From Phoronis australis (taxonomy: Eukaryota; Animalia; Phoronida): a DNA stretch of 64,000 bases. The stretch spans positions 967,452 to 1,031,451 of the forward strand of contig NMRA01000003.1 in NCBI GenBank assembly GCA_002633005.1. The letters run 5' to 3'. The notes under the pieces were generated by a model, which saw only the letters and a list, made by a program, of their open reading frames with translations, had not been told where the DNA came from and made no database searches. Positions 52,554-64,000 of this stretch are shown here, piece after piece (within the stretch, counting starts at the first letter, position 1; every line of letters begins with the position of its first letter). A program made the position numbers and the translations under genes.

Positions 52554-55500
52554 TTATTTATTGCTCCCATTTATAGGTCTGTAAAACAACGTGAGATCTC
52601 CTCCTTGTTTCCAAATGAAATGTTTCACAGTTCTCAGGTCCATGTTTGGGTCCAATACCTAAAAAAGAAATTCACTTAATTAACAAGACATTAGTAGATA
52701 AAACATATAAACAAGAGCAACGTAGAGCGTTGAAATACGCCCACGAATGCATTGCAAATAGTGTGCTTTTAGGGTTATTTATTAGTATCATAAAAATGAC
52801 CGCTAGATGGCGCAAAAACATTCAATCCATCCAAAAACAGGAACATGCCATATTTCATAAAAATCTGTCAAGGAACTTCAGAGAAACAAAGGAAAACAGA
52901 ATAAAATGAAATTGCCACTAGTGGGCACAGTGTCCGTTGGATCCGCCTGAAAGTCGTCGTCTGTTGTTATCTTCATATAAATACACTTAAATTTAATAAA
53001 GATCCTGCAGTGGGTTTAGGAGATACAACTATGGGCGCAAAACAAAACTACCACTAGGAGGCTCCACAGTAGTCAGTCACCATCATCAAAGGTCATCTTC
53101 ACACTGAGAACATATATGCCAATTTTCAAATGATTTGGTTGATACAGGGGTAGACGCCAAAAACAAGATTTGAAAACAGCAAAAATGGCCATTAGGTGGT
53201 GCAAAATACCTCAATTCCATCCAAAACAGGAAGTTAGCGTCATCACACCAATAGATGCTTATATTTAAAATTTTATGAAAATCTGTTGAGGACTTTAAAG
53301 ATACAGCATTAAACGTAAAAAACTAAAATTGCCACTAGGGGACACATCAGTAGTCAGATCTGTCCGAAAGTCGTCGTCTTCCGTAGACAACATCATATAA
53401 ATACACTTGCTAAATTAAGTAAAGATCCTGCAAACAGTTTAGGAGATACAGCCACGAGTGCAAAAAACTGCCACTAGGAGGCGCCCCAGTAGTTGAAGTC
53501 GTCAGAAAATCATCGTTAGCCGTCCACTTCATAGTAAAAACATACATGCCAATTTTCACAATTATCCTGAAGCGGTTTGGTTGATAGATTAGTGGACGCC
53601 AAAAAACTCGAAAAAAGTAAAAACGGCCACTAGGTGGTGCAAACTACATCGAATCCACCTGAACACACGAGGATAGCGTCATCTCACTAATAAGTGCCTA
53701 CACACCAAATTTCATGAAAATCCGTTAAGGGCTTTTGAAGATACAAAGGTAAGCGTAAAAAACTAAAATTGCCACCAGGGGGCACACCGATAGTCGGATC
53801 CGTCCAAAAGTGCGCTCATGCCATCCTCTTCATGAATGGAACAAAAGTGCCATATTTCATGAACGTATGTCAAAGGGTTTTGGAGATAGAGCAGCGGATG
53901 CCGGACGACGGACGGACGGACGCCGGACGGACGGAGATGACGGCATAATGCGTCCACATATAAATATGTGGGCGCATAAAAATTAAATATTAGCAATGCA
54001 TGAATGTATCTCAACTATTCAAATCTGAAAGTCTGACTCACAGACGGATAACCTGGCTTATTTATTGGCAATATCCATTAATTTTTAGTTACTATGCAAT
54101 GTGTGAATAACTGAAAATAAAGATTCCGACTAACACCTTGCATGCTTAAATTGGCCATTCTGGAATTCTGGAAGTGTGCACTTAACTCAGAGATGGGTGC
54201 TTAAGTCAGAGATTTCAAGAATTTGGGGAGGTGGCTTACCCAAACATGGGTGCTTAACCTTACCCAGAAAGTCACCCTGGTAGCCTATAACCTTCAAAGC
54301 TGAAGTGCACAGAAATTCAAAGAATCTGCGCAAGGCTAGTTGCTGACACAGAAGTTGATTAGCGCTCTCTAACATTGATTCGAGAATCTAAGCTAACTGA
54401 AGATTTGTTGAGGGTTACCACTTAGCCGAGCAGTGTTGTCTTAATACAAAAATAGTTCACGGTAGGGCGAGTGCTTGAACATAAGCGTTGACCCAAATTT
54501 TCATGGTATATGCACAAAACTGCAGTGCATACAAAACCTGCAATAAACAAACTTCGATGTGCGTAATGCACATACCTGATCATTGCATATCAACTCCACC
54601 TTTTCTTCTGCTATAGACACTGAATCCTCTTCCTTTTCAGTCTCACTTCGCTCCGACTGTGTAGGTGTCTGACCTTGAGGAGCAGCTGCCTGTGACCCTG
54701 AGTCTGACCCCTGACCCATGACCTTCTCATATACATGCTCGATAACTTTCCTTATTTGTATCATGTCATTGGCTGAAAGTCGGTCTCTGTAATTTTGAAT
54801 CAAATCGATCTGAATTGGATGGCAAGAATTTGTTTAATCTATGTTTACCATATTTGCATATCTTATTTAGGTGTTTTTTCAAAGACCATCTTTGACTCGA
54901 GCATTTTGCATGCATCTAAGCTTCACACAGGTGGCGATCCTTTTGACATAATTTATATGTATGTTTTAAACAAATCATTACAATATGTGCTTTTTGCTTA
55001 TTCTTGATACTTCAAGTCAGAATAGTTAGTGCTAAGTTGTCAACGTCAACCATTTGGTAACAGACAAGTCAAAGTTCACTCAGTCACGTGATACTTTTGA
55101 ATGAAATTCGCTACTCTGTCTTACCCACAAATGCACTTCATATAGGGGTATGCACCTTAATTCCATAGTTTCACATTGACGCACCAGCTTCACTTACTTT
55201 TTAAGGGTTTTAATGCCGGAAGTGGAATGTGGGTGGAGAAAGAATGGTATCTTGGTGAACTTGGGTGTACTCCTCTGCAAATGTGAAACGACTAGTTATA
55301 GCATAAGACACCACATCATTACACAAGGAGAAAGACATTAAATTCAGTCTCTACGCCACTCGCATTAAATTCAGTCTCTACGCCACTCGCTTCCTACTGT
55401 TTTTAAACTGCAAGATATTGCAACACCTATTTCTTAAACGTTTAGACAGACAATCACCATTCAAATGAGTAACCAGCATAGAATGCTAAATATTCAATGA

Positions 55501-58500
55501 GTTCAAGATTATTGCCCATGTGTTCCTTAACAGACAAAATTGTTGGTCTCGTGCAACATCTAATATTAAACGCTGAAGGCAAACTTGTTAACAATATAGT
55601 TTACAATCATGAATTCCATGTACAGTACATGACCTACGATGGCCTCTTTCATGACTTACATCTACAGTTATTTCCATGACCCACGATGGCACATTTTCAT
55701 TCAACAGTTGCTGCTCCGTCTCACCAATGGCATCTCGACATAACAACCTGAACAATGTCCTCCCACCAACCTCACTGAAATAATGGAGCAACTCAATACT
55801 ATTAATGACAGTCAGTACAAATGACAACATAGCAATGTACATAACATGAGTTAAGAAAGGACATAAAATTAACTGCCCAATAAAAAAGAGAACCACAAGA
55901 AATACATTTATCAAGAAATTGCTAAAAGTTATATAAAGTTACATTGAACACTGCACCAGTGTGACAAAAATGACCAACTTCAATGTAAGATAAATTGAAT
56001 TGGTTAATTACTGTTGCGTAGACCCTTACTGACAAGTCAGAGTAGTATGCATTTCCTTAAAGTAGAAAGCTTGCAGAAGTTGGTTTATGACTTCATACCT
56101 ATTTGCCATTGACTGGATCACATGACCATATATTTTAATAATTTCAGCAACAAAGAAATTATTGTACTTTCAAAACAAAACAACAGCATCAAAAACACAA
56201 TTTCATTTGATATAAATCTTTAAGATGATATACTAAACATGCTGCTAGTTTTCAAAATTATAATTTCGTTTTCATTTTATGCAACTTTTGATTCTTTTCA
56301 GCAAACCTCAAGTCCAACTTATTGTAACCTCACTTGCAAAAGTGGATAATTTTAAAACAATTCTCAAAAGCAATTTGAAAAGCAGTGGATAAGCATAGTG
56401 TCTGAAACTTTTACTGGAATCCAGTCAGTCATTTATAAGATATGAAATTCCGAAGTTAGCGAAATTTGGAATTTTTCTAGGGTCCAGTATAACCGAAAGC
56501 CAAAAATAACAACCATGTGCTCCAGTTCAAACCCAATGTAACCTCCGGCAAATGCAGAATGTCGACTTGCCTATTTCATGGCTCGATTTCTTGTGAGGAT
56601 TGTATTTTAATAAAATCAAAACATTGAACAGTCCACATTGTGAGAAATGGGATGCCCCAAGGTAATAGTCATATTAAACTAAAAACCACAATATAATTTT
56701 AACTGAAAAGTTACTAAAGCAAAGAATATCATAGAAGTGTGAAAAATAGAAAACATGTCTTGCTTGCTATATGACAAGAGGCAGGTGACTCAAGTACCTG
56801 AATATCACAGGTGTATGTCCAGGTATGGAAAAGTGTCTGTTGCCAGTGAACCTGTGAATTACAGGGTTCTCTGCATCACCATTTTCTGAAAAAGACACAC
56901 ACACAGAGAAGATTGAATAAATGCTGACGTCAAGTATTACTCAATTATCTTCAGTTTATATGATAACAATAACAATAACAATAACAATGACAATGATAAC
57001 AGTAGTAATAATAATAACCTTTGCAAAACAATTAAGTTAAAGCCAAATGAGTGGCTCTTAAAAAATAGCCACAATTAGCCATCTCAACTTCACTCCAATT
57101 TTAAAACTATCTTGACAGCCAGAAAATTTCCTAAGTTTATAAAATAATGTTTAGGTCAGACTTAAGATAAAAAAGTAGCAAGATTCAGTGGTGACAGAGT
57201 AGGCAGTGGTAATGCATGGACTGCTACCTGTAGTTTCCTCCACATAGTGCGTTCTTGGCCAGTATTCCAGCAGAGCTTGTAGCACCATACCACCATAGTT
57301 TACTGACAAAAACAGGTGAAAATAGTCCACATATTATAATACCCAACAACACATTAACAAAAAGCTATTCAAACTTTTACTTAGAATTTCATCCATTTCA
57401 GCCATCCTTCCCGTTGAATTTCACAGAAGATGGCTGTTTTCATCTTATTCGTACCGATGAATTGCGCATAACACCTTGAAACAAATACTTATCATCAAAA
57501 CTGAGCCACCAAGCTTATTTTTAGGCACATGTGACACTTCATTCTATTTGAACACTAACATCACTTGCTTTATGTGCAATAAGAAGATGAATAGAGACAA
57601 AGCATGGTTATACAATGCGTGGTTATAAAATGTATGATTGTAGTTGCAGCAATCATCATGATTTAATTTCTCAAAACAGAGACAAACGAGTGACAAACCC
57701 ATCAATGCAACAGTCTAATATCCGACACTGGAAGATTACTGTGGCATAACAGGCTTCCCTATTATGCAAGTCATGAAGAAAAACCAAAAATCTAAATAAT
57801 GGGACACCCATAAGAGACATGCACACTTACACTTTGGATCAGCAGCCTCTGTGTGAGGCCATGTTGAACTTTCTTCTCGTGATGAGGAAACCCAGGCAGC
57901 AAAGCAGTCTAGCTCTTCTAGGTGTATTGTTAACATCTGAGAACAAGCAAATCATGAATGAAGAGAACTTAACCGATTGTACCACAAAGACTAGGTTATG
58001 AGAATGAGGAACATCTGTAGCTTTTATAAGTTACAGAGTGAATCACATGACAAGTGAGCTCTTTGATGCATTCCTAATTCAACTAAATTGGTGAGGGAGA
58101 TCACAGCTGAGTGTATACAAAAGCCAGAACATATACAGTCTAGAATACACAGCTCGATGCTTTACTAATATTTTCATACTTTTGTAGCTTTCTTTGTCAG
58201 AAATAAAATGATCTCATTTTTGATCACTTAGAAAAGGATTAGGGTGACCAATTGCATGGTAGATGTAATTAACTCTGATAAACTTGCTACAGAGACTATC
58301 TGAACTTTGTAATGATTTGTGTAAAAAACATGCAATACCAGTATTCGCCTTATACTTCCAAACACTGAGTTCCAGCAGACCCTCCTTCCAAAATTTTGGG
58401 GTCCATTTCAATTTCTTGGAGTCCATGAACAAACAGTCCATAAATTGCTTGACTAGCACAGAATGACACACAAAGTTAGAAGGCAAATATGATGATCCTT

Positions 58501-61500
58501 TTGGTCAAATATGGTAAATACGTGATTAAAGCTTTCCAAGAAATTATTTTAACCCTTATTTCTTTAGTTTTATTTCTAATAACATACCAATACATCTGAG
58601 ATGATGCATCCATAAACTCATTACATTGTGTCTTCCCTCGCTTAACTGTGTCAAATGACGCAAAAACGACAGCCTCAGGTGAACACTTCAAAAGCCATAC
58701 AGTAAGCGAGCAACATTTATTTTTGAAAATATTACCTTTTCCATCATCAGCTAGACTGCAACACGTGGATAGTAGAAGTTGGTGTGAATAATGGTTTTTA
58801 CAGTTAAAACAAAAGAGAACTTTTAACTTTTTTCATGAACAGCTGGAAGGAACAAGAACCAGTGATGTCATGCGACCACTGGATGTAGCACTATACATCA
58901 CACTACTCGTCTTGGACAAAAAAAATCAATTACCCCCGTTTTTAGGTCGACCGAGAACCAGTTGGGGACATAGACCAGCTTGAATCTCTTCTTAACTTCT
59001 TCATCAAAGTCCATGTGACCCAACGAGACGACCTTTTGAGCAGTTAGCACGTCATACAAGTCTACGTTGTCATCTGTGTCTTTAGTTAGAATATGTCTTT
59101 TGTTATTCAATATATGATACTGGCGAATACTGGCGCCACCTACAACAGCACGAAAGGAGCAAGAGTGACAATGGTGTACACAAGTGTAATATACTACTTA
59201 CATTCAAACATGTGAGTGGGAGAACTGTCATCCAAAATACACAGAACCAATGCATCCTCAAAAACAATCAAAGTTAATGCTAAACATTGCTTATACAGGC
59301 AAATGTTCTCAGGTGACAAGTACCGTAAACTCGCGGGTTAACGCCTTGGGCGCTTAAATTGGTAAACCCTGAGACAGGGGGGTGGACGATTACCCAAGCA
59401 GTGGGCGCTTAAACTGAAAATTGACAAAAAAGTCGGGGATGGGCGATTACCCAGGCATGGGCGTTAACCTGCGAGTTTACGATAAATAAGTTAAAGTTGT
59501 AAACACAACAAAATCACCTAATATATATATATACTCATTCACTTCTGCTCACTACTATAACAAGAATGCAATCCACCATATACTTGTGCAGCATAAAATT
59601 CTTCCAACTTATTGTTTTAACAATCGACAGGCAAATTATGTCTTGCCAAAATTAAAATAGCCAACGGAAGCAACGAAGTTTTTTAAGTTATTGCATTTAA
59701 GACAATGAACATTGTGGTTAACTCTCTATTGGTGTGCAACGAAAATACTTCCATTCTATGTGGTTCTGCAATACTGGACTTAGGTACACGTATACAACAC
59801 CAACAGGAGGTGCTATGGTAGTAAACTCCATTTGAAAATCAACGGGTGACGGCGTATCTCCACCATATAACTGTCAAATTTCATTGCGATTCACCATGCA
59901 GTTTTACAGGTAATCACTGTACAAGCAAAGATAATAAAGAGCGTACAAGGGACAGATGATATGCTGATTATATGCACAAAAAATGTTTTGTGGATACAAA
60001 AAATCACGTGAAAATGTATGACTTTCATATATTGACAGCAAACAAACACATGAGTATCACATACAGTGCATCTAATCATCCACTTGCCAATCACGTACTA
60101 GGTAATACAAGACTTACCATTTATAGTCAGCAGTGGTTTTGTAAACAGTGGTGTGTCACTATTACGGTCATAGTCCCCGGATAACCTAAAGTTCCTATCA
60201 GGCAGTGGCTGAAATATACAAAGTATCCTGACTGCATTACTATCATTTCCGATAAATAACGTAGAAAATACATCCGAAACTAAAAGAGGCGATCCAGATC
60301 CTCTGAAGGATACACTTGTGTTACGAAAAGTAGAATAAATATACGTAAATAAAACAACAAAATGGACCACTGAAATTTTTGGATATATTAACATCCTTCA
60401 TCAACAGAAACAGAAATAAAGTAAAATCAAACACTATATGACAATTGACATCTGATATATGGTGTAATGAACATGATATCAGATGTCAATCGTCATATAG
60501 TGTTTGATTTTACTTTATTTCTGTTTCTGTTGACGAAGGGTGTTATTATATCCGAAAATTTTAGTGATCCATTTTTGTTGTTTTATTTCATTTCTGAGAA
60601 ACTTAAGTCATAAACAACATGCCTACATATCAATAGTTGAACTTACAATCGTTTTCAGGATACCCACAAAATCCCAATAATTACGACAGTATTCCCAATC
60701 ACCGGGGCTGTTTGGGTTGACAACATCAAACACAAAATTCCATACACGCAGACTGTTGGTATAGCAGCGGACATAATTTAAATCTAAACAAAAGACACTT
60801 TGTATTGCGTATTTTCCAAACAAAAACAAAACAGCGGAATTAGAAAAGGAAAAGGTTAATTTTACTTTTCACTTTTAATTCCTGGTAACTGAGTGATTGT
60901 CCTCTAAAAATGTCACTGAAATCAATTATTTAAAAATTAAGTCATGTCTGGCAGACCGCAGCAACATAATACTCACCCAGTTTTTTATTCCTGAATCAGT
61001 TGTATTCACCCACAGAGACTGTGTATCTCCACTCACTAACTCCAACTGAAATATAAACATTCACTCAGTTTGTCAGTTTAGTCACTTCGTTACAGAAAAT
61101 GAACAAGTAGGAATGAAATATAGGTTCTCATACAAGTCGGCATTTGCTGCCAAAGTTCATAAATAAGTTGATTTAAAATGCTCTTGTAATTTTAAGAAAT
61201 CTCACATAAAGTAACAAGTTTGAGATGCTTCATCTCATATACTGCTATTTGAAGTGCATATTAAATTAAATTAAATTAAAGGATTTTTGACACAGCACTC
61301 CCAATGAGTCATAACAGGAACGTGGCAAAATTTAGAAAACATCAACAGGAAAGAACTACTTTGTTCAAGATGTCACATCACTTCTCATTTTCATTTCAAT
61401 TACTACCCTAATTCCTCACGACCACCTATTTCCATTTTTACCTCCACCACTGACAACTTCTAGCGTTAATACATCAATATTCTTATTGCTTGTGTCTAGT

Positions 61501-63099
61501 GATATTTTATAGTTTGGCAAACTGACCATCCAGTATCCTATGTGCCACTGAAACATACACTATGACCCCGTGTGAGGCACCATGTAACAGTAAAACACAC
61601 TCAACCGAAGATCATTTTAAATTTTGCAACAACAATTTTTAGACAACGCTGTGTGGTTATTGGCTAAACTGCACTAAAATGGAGGAACACTGTTTAAATT
61701 TGAAAACCCATACACATTCCTTTAGGTAGTAAAAAAATACTTTACTACCACTACATCCAGCCATGATAAAGTAATCAACTGAAAACAATATTTTGACCAA
61801 AGAATGTTTTGTAAACAAAAAAAATTACACCTAAACCACAAAACAATGATTGTTAGACCTTACAGAATATTTACAAATTATAACAAATTTCAATAACAAA
61901 ACATTCAATTAATACCCCAAGGACAGGTGCTGACTCTTCACAGATTAGTAATCTCTGGTCAAAGTTCCTAATGTCAGCCATCCATACTTTACGGTCTCTG
62001 CCTCCTGAGAAAACTGTTGTGAATGATTCATTAGCCTACAATAAACAGAAACTGTCTTAGCACAGTAGGTGGGAACTCAAAACGGTGGAACAAAAATAAA
62101 TAACACATGAATTACTGTAAATAATGGACAGTCAGCACAATAAGTTTTTTTCATTAAATTTTAATTATTAAATGTCTTTCAAGAATCTCAGGATATCTGT
62201 TAAGATATATGGTACCAATGCATTTTCTCCTCAAGACACAAGTCAATAAATGAATCATGCACAACACAGGTAGTACATTGTCTATTACCACATGACTTAC
62301 CTTTAATGTCCAGACTCCCTCATCATGAATTCTCATTGTACATATGCACCTTTGTTGACCAAGTGACCATAACCTTATTGTGCCATCTGAGCTGCCTGAT
62401 AAACACTGAAATTATACCCAGCTCATTCATGACGTGTCAAGTCATTTTTCAGTAAAATAACGGTGGGCGTGGCCCACAAGGTGTCATCAGTGACACCAGA
62501 GACGGACAGACCAGCAATCATGAGTTGATGTTTGGAGGTTAGTACTAAATGTCAGATATATTTGCATTTTGTGCAGTTTTTTACAGAGAGCATCAAGTTC
62601 TAATAAAAAATTACAATGAAGCTTCAACAGCATTATTTTTAAAAACCAGGATCAAACAGTACTGCTCATTTTACTTTGAAATGTAAGACAAAAGCCGAGA
62701 TTTTTCCTGAGGAAAACCCAAACCCCCCAAAATTTCAGTAATATTATGTATAGTACATAGGCAGATGCTGTGGGGGGAAGGAGCCTAGCCCCTTAGGCCA
62801 TTTTGCTAGCATTTGTCTTTTGACAATTGTGGTTGGGCCACATCCTAGCCCGGCCAATGCTTTAACTACACAAATCAATAAACCAATAGAAGGACCCAAA
62901 AAGCATACCTGAGTACCATCCTTGTTTAAAACAATAGCACGGACATTATCTGTATGACCTTTTAGTTTCATTAACTTCTGACATGTCCTGGGATCCCAGA
63001 CTCGTAAAACTTTTTCTGTTGATCCAGACACTATGACAGTACCCGGCTGATTCATTGCTAGGCTATAGATGGAGTCTTTATTACCGTTGAGAGAGGAAG
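52554..63099 (-). CDS. WDR48: WD repeat-containing protein 48 / UAF1 (USP1/12/46 activator); 3' 13 exons, 5' part beyond window end
   Basis: Exons (minus) 63099-62909, 62405-62301, 62035-61916, 61045-60977, 60208-60118, 59139-58934, 57936-57831, 57302-57228, 56885-56798, 55774-55660, 55274-55198, 54786-54576, 52658-52554 (~518 aa). Diagnostic peptides: [103 protein letters not shown]. Confidence 0.96.
52710..53981 (-). mobile_element. Complete Helentron-associated (HINE/DINE-1-like) non-autonomous element in the last WDR48 intron
   Basis: Minus strand order: TTTTATGCGCCCACATA-ttta-TATGTGGACGCAT 5' hairpin, (GTCC)n microsatellite, ~8 diverged ~140-bp tandem units, subterminal GTGGGCGTAT, stem-loop CAACGCTCTACGTTG, end CTCTTGTT; T-rich flanks and no TSD. 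Confidence 0.82.
55336..55390. repeat. Perfect 27-bp tandem duplication
   Basis: CATTAAATTCAGTCTCTACGCCACTCG x2. Confidence 0.9.
56960..57017. repeat. (AAC/AAT)n microsatellite
   Basis: ATAACAATAACAATAACA...AATAATAATAA. Confidence 0.85.
59323..59482. mobile_element. Tc1/mariner-pogo-type MITE with TA TSD
   Basis: ta-CCGTAAACTCGCGGGTTAACGCC ... GGCGTTAACCTGCGAGTTTACGA-ta, with internal GGGCGCTTAAA/GATTACCCA subrepeats. Confidence 0.85.
60347..60588. repeat. Long fold-back palindrome (~110-bp arms) in a WDR48 intron
   Basis: AAATAAAACAACAAAATGGA...TCAACAGAAACAGAAATAAAGTAAAATCAAACACTATATGAC...TTGACATCTGATAT, followed after a short loop by its near-exact reverse complement. Confidence 0.95.
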
Positions 63100-63745
63100 C
63101 TGTGGAAAAACAAGAACACACAGACGTCAAGCAAAGGATTACAAATTACCACATTTCTATAATATGCTAAAAGGCAGCCACGGTGTCTCATGATGCATAT
63201 CAACTTCATATGGCTACACAGTTATTTTACCTCAGTCACACCGAATGACTACCGACAGTTGACACCACCTCTACTGTTTGACTTTCATTTTATTCTCCAT
63301 GTCGTTTGACAACAAGCAATGCTGCCTCTTTTTGCACTATGTATACTGCAAGACACGCATGTATACCACCTTCAAGCCTTCCATAACTATAATGGTGTGG
63401 AAAGAAATTGCTTGCATGACCACAAATTTGTGGCATATTTCTAAACTAACAGCAATGGCTCAGTTCTACACTCTGTTCAGATTTATAACTTTCAACCTAT
63501 AAAGCGAACAATATAACAAAATGATGGTTATAAAGCTAAACAGTCAAATATGTGTTACACATGCCCAAAAGGACATTTTTTGTTTGAGCTGTCATTCATT
63601 ACTTTATTTTAATTTTATGACATAAAATCAAACAACCTTTAGTTCTTTTCGAAACACGAGGGACAGCCAAATTAAACTTTTTAGCTGAAACATTGTCCGT
63701 TGTCAGTGTCTCAATAACCGCTTTGCAAGTGCAATGTAATATGAT

Positions 63746-63785
63746 TACAAGAGCAACGCGGAGCGTTGAAATGCGCCCACAATTG
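63746..63785 (-). mobile_element. 3' terminus of another HINE-like copy
   Basis: ACAAGAGCAACGCGGAGCGTTGAAATGCGCCCAC nearly equals 52711-52744. Confidence 0.7.
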
Positions 63786-64000
63786 CACCGCATACGGTAT
63801 CCTTCTAGGGTTGTTTGTTGGTACCATAAAGTGGCCAGTAGAGGGCATACTTTGCAAAATGGAAAGGCATGGTCATTGTCTCCTCAATAGGCTAGGGGCA
63901 AAATGTGAGTAATCTTCATAATACAAGCACATCCTATACACCAGTTGCTTAAAGCACCACAGAAACATAGAATTAAAAACAAATTTACCAACATACGAGA

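Overview
AT-rich, intron-rich animal genomic DNA, probably from a marine invertebrate; the taxon is inferred and cannot be fixed from sequence alone. It is not prokaryotic, so almost all six-frame ORFs are spurious or exon fragments. Four spliced genes could be rebuilt by hand with GT-AG introns and consistent phases. (1) A LITAF-domain gene (+, 4864-22205, 7 coding exons, ~193 aa), whose Pro/Gly/Gln/Tyr N-terminus is encoded by four symmetric phase-1 micro-exons. (2) Mitochondrial enoyl-CoA delta isomerase ECI1 (-, ~34839-24870, ~293 aa). (3) AP-5 zeta subunit AP5Z1 (+, 35022-48810, 17 exons, ~681 aa), head-to-head with ECI1 across ~180 bp. (4) The 3' 13 exons of WDR48/UAF1 (-, 63099-52554), with the 5' end outside the window. 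Introns are packed with non-autonomous elements: tRNA-derived SINEs with TSDs, MITEs with 8-bp, 5-bp and TA TSDs, HINE/DINE-1-like elements whose ~140-bp internal repeats each carry a CTCF-like motif, a CR1/L2-like LINE 3' end, long fold-back palindromes (two with degenerate hammerhead-like cores) and several minisatellites. There is one assembly gap (2638-3040).
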